Shown one piece after another: positions 38,717 to 47,279 of a stretch of DNA of 64,000 nucleotides (within the stretch, counting starts at the first letter, position 1; every line of letters starts with the position of its first letter). Where the stretch lies: contig OZ240219.1 in NCBI GenBank assembly GCA_965197645.1, positions 2,816,001 through 2,880,000 on the forward strand, in the 5' to 3' direction. The notes beneath the pieces were generated by a model that made no database searches, was not told the DNA's origin, and was given only the letters and a program-made list of their open reading frames with translations. A program made the translations under genes and the position numbers. Source of the stretch: Dehalococcoidia bacterium. GTDB lineage: Bacteria; Chloroflexota; Dehalococcoidia; Plut-88900.

Positions 38717-38762
38717 CCGACCTGTGTTGCCTCTCCTCCCGACCCAGGAGTAATATTGCCCC

Positions 38763-40070
38763 ATGAAGCTGGAGATGGGCGTCTTCAACGTAACCCAGGC
38801 GGAGTTCTCCGATAGGACCGAGTTCCACGACGGAGTCCTTTCAATCAACAAGGCCGAGCTTCTCCAGCACCTCTCGAAGGACTCTCCGTTTCAGAGGGTC
38901 GAACTCGACCTCGTACGGCCCGGCGAAGATGCCCGCATCGTCCACGCCCTTGACATCGCCGAGCCCCGGGTCAAGGTCTCCGGCCCCGGTCAGGTCTTCG
39001 CTGGCATGCTGGGACCTCCCAGCCAGGCAGGCGAAGGTCGTACCCATCGGCTGGCCGGCTTCTCCGTTGTTGGCGCCGCCGAACCGTTTCCCGGAGAGGA
39101 CGTCTGGTACGCCCGGGAAGCGGTGATCGATATGTCCGGCCCGGGCGCCGACTACTCTCTCTTCTCGCAGACGATAAACCTGGTGCTCTCCTTTGTACCT
39201 CACGATGGACCGACTGCCAACGAGCTGGAGGAGAGGCTCAACTACGAGGTGGACTACAAGACGGGCCAGGCCCAGGAGTACACTCTCCAGTCCCGATTGC
39301 TGGGCCTCAAAGCCGCCGGCTACCTCGCTGAGGCCGTCCGCAATATCGAGCCACCCGATATCGATATCTATGAGCTTTCGCCCGTGGAAGACAACCTACC
39401 CGGAATAGTCTACCTGGTTCAAAACCTGGGCGGTGTGATCTACGGAGCAAACGGCGCTCGGAGCAACAATGCCGTTCTGCTCCACCCCAACGAGCTAATG
39501 GACGGCGCAGTAGTCAACGGCAAGTGGTGGAACCACGCCTGCATGAGAGAGGCTACCTACCTCTTCCAGAACGATGCCGTAGTCAGCACTTTGTACGGCG
39601 CCCACGGCAAGACGCTCAACTTCCTCGGCGTAATCTTCTTCGACGGGGGCCAGTACGAGCTGGGGGACAAGGACCGGGAGAGCAGCGAGGTAGTAAAGAT
39701 CTCACGCATGTTGGGCGCCGATGGGGCCATCATTTCCCCCCTCAGCGCAGGACACCAGGCCGTCGGCTACATGATGATTTGCCAAAAGTGTGAGAACGCG
39801 GGAATCAGCACCGTCCTGGGAATAGGCCAGATGACCAACAACAAAGGCGACCCCGGCTTCACAACCTGGGTCCCCGAGGCCGACGCCATCATCATTCCAG
39901 GAGACGACGAGGAGATCCTTTCCCTTCCTGCGGTGAAGAGGGTGATCGGCGGGACCACGATAATGAACTCGTCCCAGGACGCGTCGGGGCCGATTGAGAT
40001 ACAATTGCGATCGATATACGGCGCCACCGGACCGATAGCGCCGGGCAGGTTAAGCGGCCGGTTGTACTAG
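38763..40070 (+). CDS. Glycine/sarcosine/betaine reductase component B alpha/beta-type subunit (GrdE/GrdG/GrdI-like)
   Basis: MKLEMG, LVRPGEDARI...D..EPRVK, GEGRTH.L.G, VIDMSGPGADYSLFSQT.NLV, HPNELMDGAVV, LGADGAII. Confidence 0.88.
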   Translation: MKLEMGVFNVTQAEFSDRTEFHDGVLSINKAELLQHLSKDSPFQRVELDLVRPGEDARIVHALDIAEPRVKVSGPGQVFAGMLGPPSQAGEGRTHRLAGFSVVGAAEPFPGEDVWYAREAVIDMSGPGADYSLFSQTINLVLSFVPHDGPTANELEERLNYEVDYKTGQAQEYTLQSRLLGLKAAGYLAEAVRNIEPPDIDIYELSPVEDNLPGIVYLVQNLGGVIYGANGARSNNAVLLHPNELMDGAVVNGKWWNHACMREATYLFQNDAVVSTLYGAHGKTLNFLGVIFFDGGQYELGDKDRESSEVVKISRMLGADGAIISPLSAGHQAVGYMMICQKCENAGISTVLGIGQMTNNKGDPGFTTWVPEADAIIIPGDDEEILSLPAVKRVIGGTTIMNSSQDASGPIEIQLRSIYGATGPIAPGRLSGRLY

Positions 40071-40086
40071 AGAGCGAGGCGATGTC

Positions 40087-41409
40087 ATGGCCAAGCTGCG
40101 CATAGTCCACTATCTCAACCAGTTCTTCGCCGGTGTTGGGGGCGAAGAGGAGGCGAACACGCCTCCAGGCGTCAAGGCCGGCCCCGTCGGCCCGGCACAG
40201 GCTCTCCACAACATTCTCTCCACCGACGGCGCCGGCGAGATTGTCGCCACCGTCTACTGCGGAGACAACTACATCACCGAGCACGGCGAAGAGGCGCTGG
40301 AACAGCTACTGGGCCTCATAAAGCCTCTCGCGGCCGACGTGGTCGTGGCCGGGCCCTCCTTCGGTTCCGGGCGATACGGCCTGGCCTGCGGTCAGGTCTG
40401 CGCCGCGGTCAACGAGCAGCTGGATATCCCGGTGGTGTCCGGAATGCACAAGGACAGTCCGGGCGCCCAGGAGTACCGCACCTCAGCCTACATCGCCTCC
40501 ACCACCGAGACCGCCATCGGCATGTCCGATGCCATCGCCACCATGGCGAGGCTGACAACCAAGCTGGGCCGCGGCCAGGAACTGGGCCCCGCCGACGAGG
40601 AGGGCTACGTTCCTACTGGACGGGTCAAGAACGAGTTCTCGGACCGCACCATCGCCACCCGGCTGGTGGACATGCTCTTGAAGAAGGTCAAAGGCGAACC
40701 CTTCGAGACCGAGTGGCCTCTCCCGGCCATGGAGAAGATTACCCCCTCCCCTGCCTTGGCCGACCTGTCCAACGCCAAGATCGCCCTCGTCACCGAAGGC
40801 GGCGTGGTGCCCAAGGGCAACCCGGACAAGATACCCGGTGGCTGGGCCGAGCACTGGGCCCGGTACAACATCAGCGAGACCGAGAGGCTAAACCCCGAGA
40901 ACTGGCAGTCGGTACACGGCGGTTTCGACACCACCGACGTCAACCGGGATCCGGACAGGGTCGTACCCCTGGATGCTCTTCGGGACCTGGAGAAGGAAAA
41001 GGCCGTCGGCAAGGTCCACGACTACGTGTATACCACCGTCGGGAACCTGGGCTACGTATCCAACATGCGGAAGTTCGGCAAGGAGATAGCCAAGGAGCTG
41101 TTGGATGCCAACGTGGATGGGGTTATTCTCACCGGCACCTGAGGCACCGGCACCCGCAGCGGAGCTGCGATGGCCAAGGAGCTGGAGAGAGCCGGCCTCC
41201 CCACGGCATTCATCACCTCGATGGTGCCTCTGGCCCAGGGAATGGGCGCCAATCGGATAGTTCAGGGCAAGGCCGTCACCCACACCACGGGCGATCCCTC
41301 CCTGGTTCCCGAAGGAGAAAAGGCCTTTCGCAAGGGTCTGGTGGAAAAGGCCCTCAAGGCGCTCCAGACCGAGACCAAGGAGCAGGAGGTGTTCTGGGCG
41401 GAGGGGTAG
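40087..41409 (+). CDS. Glycine/betaine/sarcosine/D-proline reductase family selenoprotein B (GrdB-like), Sec at TGA 41140-41142
   Basis: VHYLNQFFAGVGGEE, GRYGLACG, VTEGGVVPKGNPD; ORF continues in frame through TGA as ILTGT-U-GTGTRSGAAMAKELERAG; hairpin follows. Confidence 0.9.
41143..41175 (+). promoter_or_regulatory. Candidate bacterial SECIS of the GrdB-like gene
   Basis: CGCAGC-GGA-GCTGCG hairpin; G-starting loop begins 19 nt after UGA. Confidence 0.65.
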
Positions 41410-41449
41410 AGACTAGGGCGACGCCTAAAACGTCACCACCCGGCTGCTA

Positions 41450-41715
41450 GGGCCTGTTCACACTCTCGCTTCCAATGTCATTCCGAAACGGAGGGCAGCG
41501 TAGTGAGGAATCTATGGCCCATGTTCCCAGACCATTTTGCGTATCGTGTGTAGGCGGAACCGTTGGACCAGATGCGTAATCCCGAGATTATTAGGGTCCG
41601 CCGACCCTCCGACGGAATCGGGCCGTGATTCCCGACAACCCTCCTGGATTCCTCACTGCGTTCGGAATGACATCTAAGCTCCACAGATGACTCGGGCCTT
41701 AATGTGAAGGGGCCC
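41450..41715. mobile_element. MITE-like element with 15-bp imperfect TIRs, TA duplication and internal REP-like inverted repeats
   Basis: TA|GGGCCTGTTCACACT ... AATGTGAAGGGGCCC|TA; internal ATGTCATTCCGAA (41475)/TTCGGAATGACAT (41673) and AGTGAGGAATCT/GGATTCCTCACT. Confidence 0.7.
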
Positions 41716-42800
41716 TATTCGAACATGATGACGCTTCGGGCGACGTGGGCCTCCCTCATGTCTTCGAAGGCCCTGTTCACGTCCTCCAGCTTGATCTTCT
41801 TGGTCACCATCTCGTCCAGCCTCAGCCGGCCCTGGAGGTAGAGCTCTATGTACTGGGGCATATCCACCCGGAAGGAGTTGGAGCCCATGTTGCTACCCTG
41901 GACCACCTTTTGAGTCAGCAGCATGGGCCCATCTATCTGGATCTTGGTCCCTTCGGGGATCATCCCGATGATGGTGGCCACGCCGCCGGTGTCCAGCATG
42001 TCGTAGGCCTGCTCAGCGGTCTCCGCCAGCCCTATGGCCTCGAAGGAGTAGTCCACGCCGCGTCCGCCGGTGATGCTCTTGATCTTGTCGACTACGCCGC
42101 CCGTCGAAGCGTCTACGACGTCCGTCGCACCCAGCTCCCGGGCTAGGCCCAGCTTAGTCTCCACGCCATCGACGGCGATGATCTGCGCCGCACCGGCGAT
42201 TCTGGCCCCCTGGATGGCGCTCATTCCCACGCCTCCACACCCGATCACCGCCACCGAGCTTCCCGGCTTCACCCGAGCGGTGCGCATTGCAGCCCCGACT
42301 CCGGTGGTCACGCCGCATCCGATGAGAGCCAGCACCTCCATGGGCACGTCGTCCCGCACCTTGACGGCGGCGTTTTCGTGCACCAGCATCTTCTCGGCGA
42401 AGGAGGAGAGATGCAGGAACTGATGGACCTTCTCGCCGCCCTTGCTGATGCGAGGGGTCTCGTTTCGCTTTCTGGTGAGGTCCTCCTGGCGGCAGTTGAA
42501 CGGTTGCCCGGCGAGGCACTTATCGCAGGCGCCACAGAAGACCGAGAGGCAGGTGATGGCCCTGTCTCCCGGCTGGAAGTAGGTCACCAGGTCTCCGACC
42601 GCCTCGATGGTGCCGGCTGCCTCGTGCCCCAGAATAGTGGGCATGGGATACCTGTATTTCCCTTCGACGAAGTGAAGATCGCTGTGTCAGACGCCGCTGG
42701 CGCCGGTGCGGATCACCACCTCCCGAGGTCCGGGCTTGTCTATCTCCACGTCCTCTATGGTCAAGGGAGCGTTGACCTCCCTCAAGACTGCTGCTTTCAT
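41715..42800 (-). CDS. Zn-dependent alcohol dehydrogenase (MDR), candidate selenoprotein, U38
   Basis: MKAAVLREVNAPL...RTGASGV-TGA(42687-42689)-HSDLHFVEGKY...LGHE; 361 aa with read-through; GGAG RBS before ATG 42800. Confidence 0.85.
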
Positions 42801-42809
42801 CGCCTGCTC

Positions 42810-43895
42810 CTAGTCAAATACTATGATGCTTCGAGCCAGGTGCCCGTCCCGAAGGTCGTCCATCCCTTCGTTGATTTGGTCCAGCTTGATCCGCTTGGAG
42901 ATGATCTCGTCCAGCTTCAAGCGGCCCTGCCGGTAAAGCTCCATGTACCGGGGCATGTCCACCCGGAACCGGTTGGAGCCCATGTTGCTTCCCTGGATGC
43001 GCCGTCCATCGAGGAACGATGGTCCGTCCAGCTCCACCTTGGTACCCTCGGGGATCATGCCGATGACCGTGGCCGTCCCGCCCCTGTCCAGCATATCGAA
43101 GGCCTGCTGGGCCGTCTCAGCCTTGCCGATGGCCTCGAAGGAGTAGTCGACGCCGCGACCTCCCGTCAGGCTCTTCACCCTCTCCACCACATCGCCTCCC
43201 GATGCGTCTATAACGTCGGTGGCGCCCACCCTCTGGGCGTAGGCCAGCTTGTCCTCAATGGCGTCGATGGCGATGACACGCGCCGCGCCGCCGATGATCG
43301 CTCCGTTGACCGCGCTGAGGCCCACGCCTCCGCAGCCGATGACCGCCACGGTGCTTCCGGGCTCCACCCGGGCCGTGTTCAGGGCCGCTCCGGTGCCGGT
43401 TGTGGTGCCGCAACCGATCAGCGCCTGCACCTCTATGGGCACGTCCTCGTCCACCTTCACACCGGCGTTCTCATGGACCAGCATGTACTCGGCAAAGGAG
43501 GAAAGGCTCATCGCCTGGTGGACCTTCTCGCCACCCTTGTGCAGCCGGGGTTGTTCGCCCGGCCCTCGGTCAAGCCCCACCTGGCGGCAGTTCACCATCT
43601 CCCCTTGCAGGCACTTGTCGCAGGTGCCGCAGAACACCGAGAGGCAGGTAATCACCCGGTCTCCCGGCTGGAAGTAGGTCACCTGCTCACCCACCGCTTC
43701 GATGGTTCCCGCCGATTCGTGGCCCAGAATCGTAGGTGTGTCGTGTGTGTACAGACCGTCGACGTAGTGGAGGTCGCTGTGGCATACCCCTGTTGCGCCG
43801 GTCTTGATCAGGACCTCCCTTGGCCCGGGGTCGCTGACGTCAACGTCTTCAATCTCCAGCAACTCGAAGGGTTTATACATTACTGCGGCTTTCAT
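42810..43895 (-). CDS. Zn-dependent alcohol dehydrogenase (MDR), Cys38 paralog
   Basis: GVCHSD, LGHE, CGTCDKC...C, LIGCG, GCGGVG. Confidence 0.95.
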   Translation of the reverse strand: MKAAVMYKPFELLEIEDVDVSDPGPREVLIKTGATGVCHSDLHYVDGLYTHDTPTILGHESAGTIEAVGEQVTYFQPGDRVITCLSVFCGTCDKCLQGEMVNCRQVGLDRGPGEQPRLHKGGEKVHQAMSLSSFAEYMLVHENAGVKVDEDVPIEVQALIGCGTTTGTGAALNTARVEPGSTVAVIGCGGVGLSAVNGAIIGGAARVIAIDAIEDKLAYAQRVGATDVIDASGGDVVERVKSLTGGRGVDYSFEAIGKAETAQQAFDMLDRGGTATVIGMIPEGTKVELDGPSFLDGRRIQGSNMGSNRFRVDMPRYMELYRQGRLKLDEIISKRIKLDQINEGMDDLRDGHLARSIIVFD

Positions 43896-43932
43896 ATCGA
43901 TCCTTTCCGGTAAGACCCTAGATGTTCATCCT

Positions 43933-45018
43933 TTAATCGAACACTATGACGCTTCGGGCTACGTGCCCCTCCTTCATGTCCTCAAAGGCCTGGTTCACGT
44001 CCTCCAGCTTGATCGTTTTAGTCACCAGCTCGTTCAGCTTCAGCCGGCCCTGAAGATACAGCTCAACGTACTGGGGCATGTGAACGCGGAACCGGTTGGA
44101 GCCCATGTTGCTACCCTGTATCTTCTTCTCGCTCAACAGAGAGGGCCCGTCGATATGGATGTCGGTGCCCTCGGGAATCATGCCGATGACCGTGGCTACG
44201 CCACCGTTGTCCAGCATGTTGTAGCACTGCTCCGCCGTCTCTTTGAGTCCGATAGCCTCGAAGGAGTAATCGACGCCGCGTCCACCTGTTATCTGCTTGA
44301 CCTTCTCCACTACTCCGCCGCCGGATGCGTCGATGACGTCGGTCGCCCCGAGCTGTTGGGCCAGTGCCAGTTTCGTCTCCACCGGATCGATTGCGATGAT
44401 CTGGGCCGCTCCGGCGATGGCGGCGCCCTGCAACGCGCTGAGCCCCACGCCACCCAGCCCCACCACTGCCACGGTGCTCCCGGGGCTTACCTTGGCGGTG
44501 TTCAACGCCGCCCCGACTCCCGTCGTCACCCCACAGCCGATAAGCGCGATCTCCTCTATGGGCACGTCGTCCCGGATTTTCACCGTCGCGTTTTCATGCA
44601 CCAGCATGTACTCGGCGAAGGTGGAAAGGCTGGAAAAGTGGAACACGGGAGTACCGCGAAGGCTGAGCCTGGGCGGTTCGTCGGGGCCCCGTTCCAGCCC
44701 TTCCCGCCGGCACAGGGCCGGATTGCCGCTGAGGCACTTATCACAGGCGCCGCAGAACACCGAGAGACAGGAGATTACGCGGTCGCCGGGCTTCACGTAG
44801 GTGACCAGATCCCCTACCGCTTCAACCGTTCCCGCCGCTTCGTCACCCAGGACCGTTGGAGTGGGACACTTGTACAATCCTTCCAGGAAGTGAAGATTGC
44901 TGTGTCAGACGCCGCTGGCCCCAGTCCGAATCAGCACCTCTCTGGGCCCCGGGTTATCGAAGTCGACATCCTCTATCGAAAGGGGGGTGTGCGCCTCGTG
45001 CATTACGGCAGCCTTCAT
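43933..45018 (-). CDS. Zn-dependent alcohol dehydrogenase (MDR), candidate selenoprotein U38 with N41/D59
   Basis: MKAAVMHEAHTPL...RTGASGV-TGA(44905-44907)-HSNLHFLEGLY...LGDE; 361 aa with read-through; AGGAGG RBS. Confidence 0.83.
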
Positions 45019-45119
45019 GAGTCATCTCCTCCTGAAACTCTGAGATAGCCAAACGAGACCTTCGGCAAAGACCGAGGGTACTGGCGAGAGTGTATTACCA
45101 TTCTCAAGGCCAGTCAACA

Positions 45120-45490
45120 AGCACGCACACGAGCGGATGGCGGGTGACGTGCGGCTTGATCCGCATCCCATAAAGCTCGCCCCACCCTCCCCGGCGTTGG
45201 TTTTCCCAACCACCCACCCTAGGAAGGTTATGATTGGTTGGGGGAACATCCCCTAGGCCCTCTACCAGAGTCAGGGCGAGGCCCTGCACCCATAACATGA
45301 GAGAAGAGAGGGCAACGTCCCGCACCTATGGCAGGTAGAAGATAGTGCTGGCCTATGCCAAAGAGGAAAGGGGTTCGGGGTAGAGTCTTAGCAGGCCGAT
45401 GAAACACGTGGTGTGCAGAGGGGCGACGCCCCTTGTTCTTCCCCTTCCTGATCAGAAAAGGGGCAAAGGATATGGTCGCGAAAGCCGTGA
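45120..45490. repeat. Cluster of degenerate intergenic repeat modules
   Basis: Modules similar to 2929-3075, 8262-8355 and 51100-51230. Confidence 0.5.
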
Positions 45491-45555
45491 TGAGGGGACA
45501 GTGCCGCCGAGAGGCAAGTTGAGGGTAACCAGGGCATCCGCCCCGGTCCAAGACC

Positions 45556-46008
45556 CTACTCGGTGGTAACCGAGTCCTGGGACTGGTCCAGGGCAGCCTT
45601 GAGGGTATGCCAGGCCAGGCTGGCGCATTTCACCCGGGCGGGAAACTCCCGCACGCCGCTCAGTATCGCCAGCTTCCCCAGCTCGTCCATCGATTCCATG
45701 GGGTCGGTTTCTCCGGTGACGGTCTTGTGAAAGACGTCGAACAGCCGGGCCACCTCCTCCTCGTCGGTCCCCTTCACCGCGTCGGTCATCATCGAGGCGC
45801 AGGCCTTGGAAATAGCGCACCCGCCGCCTTCGAACCCGATGTCCTCGATGGTGCCGTCCTTCACCTTTATGTCAATGAATATCTCGTCTCCGCACAGGGG
45901 ATTGTAGCCCTCGGCGTGCCTGTTGGCGTCATCGAGACGCCGGAAGTTCCTCGGGCGCCGATTGTGGTCCAGCACCGTTTGCTGGTAAAGCTCTCCCAGG
46001 TCCGACAT
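45556..46008 (-). CDS. sufU: SUF system NifU-like sulfur transfer protein
   Basis: ELYQQTVLDH, NPLCGD, GCAISKA, RVKCA. Confidence 0.95.
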   Translation of the reverse strand: MSDLGELYQQTVLDHNRRPRNFRRLDDANRHAEGYNPLCGDEIFIDIKVKDGTIEDIGFEGGGCAISKACASMMTDAVKGTDEEEVARLFDVFHKTVTGETDPMESMDELGKLAILSGVREFPARVKCASLAWHTLKAALDQSQDSVTTE

Positions 46009-47279
46009 TAGCCAAACACCTCATTCACCTTGTCCAGCCCCTTCACCAGCGCGTCCACGTCCTCCTTGGTATTGTAGAAGGCGAAGGACGCTCTGACCGT
46101 CGCGGGGACCCCGAAGTGGGCCATTACCGGTTGCGCGCAGTGGTGGCCGGTGCGTATGGCAATCCCCTCGTAGTCCAGGATGCTCCCCACATCGTGGGCG
46201 TGTACGTCTCCGCATAAGAATGATACGACACTGGCCTTCTGCGACGCCGTGCCCACTACCCGCAGCCCGTCCATCGTAGAAAGCGACTCGGTGGCGTAGG
46301 ACAGCAGCTCCTGCTCGTAGCCCGCTATCTCCTGCCTACCGATATGCTCCACGTACTCCAGGGCCGCTCCCAGGCCTATCGCCCCTGCTACGTTGGGCGT
46401 GCCCGCCTCGAACCTGTGAGGTAAATCGTTGTAGGTGGTCTTCTCGAAGGTGACGGAGCGGATCATATCTCCGCCGGCCTGATAGGGGGCCATAGATCCC
46501 AGCAACTCTTCCTTGCCGTAGAGTATCCCCATACCCATCGGCCCGAAGACCTTGTGGCTGGAGAAGACGTAGAAGTCGCAGTCCAACTCCCGAACGTCCA
46601 CCGGGCCGTGGGGCACGGCCTGGGCCCCGTCTATCAGCACCGGCGCCCCGATGCTGTGGGCCATCTCGATAATGGATCTAACCGGGTTGACCGTCCCCAG
46701 TGCGTTGGAGACGTGGGCCATAGAGACCAGCTTTGTCCGCGGCCCGAGGAGCCGTTCGTACTCCTCCAGAACCAGTTCGCCGTCGTCATTGATGGGGACC
46801 ACTCTCAGAACGGCCCCCTTTTCCTCGCACAGCAGCTGCCAGGGCACGATATTGGAGTGGTGCTCCATCTCCGAGATGATCACCTCGTCTCCTGCGCTCA
46901 GGATATTCCTTCCCAGGCTGCTGGCCACCAGGTTGATCCCTTCCGTGGTGCCCTTGGTGAATACTATCTCCCTGACGCTTGCCGCGTTTACAAACCCCCG
47001 GACGATCTCCCGCGACCCTTCGAAGGCTGCCGTGGCCCGTTCGCTCAGCTGGTGCAACCCCCGGTGGACGTTGGAGTTGTAGCAGCCGTAGTAGTCCGTG
47101 ACGGCATCGATGACCCGCTGGGGTTTCTGGCTGGTGGCGGCGTTGTCCAGGTAGACCAGCGGTTTCCCATGCACCTTCTGGTGCAACGCAGGAAACTCCG
47201 CTCGAAGCCTCTTTACTTCCGCCTCGGTCAGAGAGGCGACGGCGGTCCGCGGAGCACCCGCCCCGTCGGGGCTACCCAT
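46008..47279 (-). CDS. sufS: Cysteine desulfurase SufS
   Basis: YLDNAATSQKP, EHHSNIVPW, SSHK, EAGTP, RTGHHCA. Confidence 0.96.
   Translation of the reverse strand: MGSPDGAGAPRTAVASLTEAEVKRLRAEFPALHQKVHGKPLVYLDNAATSQKPQRVIDAVTDYYGCYNSNVHRGLHQLSERATAAFEGSREIVRGFVNAASVREIVFTKGTTEGINLVASSLGRNILSAGDEVIISEMEHHSNIVPWQLLCEEKGAVLRVVPINDDGELVLEEYERLLGPRTKLVSMAHVSNALGTVNPVRSIIEMAHSIGAPVLIDGAQAVPHGPVDVRELDCDFYVFSSHKVFGPMGMGILYGKEELLGSMAPYQAGGDMIRSVTFEKTTYNDLPHRFEAGTPNVAGAIGLGAALEYVEHIGRQEIAGYEQELLSYATESLSTMDGLRVVGTASQKASVVSFLCGDVHAHDVGSILDYEGIAIRTGHHCAQPVMAHFGVPATVRASFAFYNTKEDVDALVKGLDKVNEVFG

Noticed and set aside
41715-45018. Calling the two TGA-containing ADH genes pseudogenes, or invoking genome-wide UGA reassignment
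   Set aside because: The TGA is at the same catalytic codon in two diverged, otherwise intact genes, and TGA ends many ordinary genes here (amidase, hemC, AKR, fumC, pth), so it is still a stop codon
42378-45048. 511-aa and 414-aa plus-strand ORFs
   Set aside because: Antisense to the ADH genes, typical of GC-rich codon bias; no motifs
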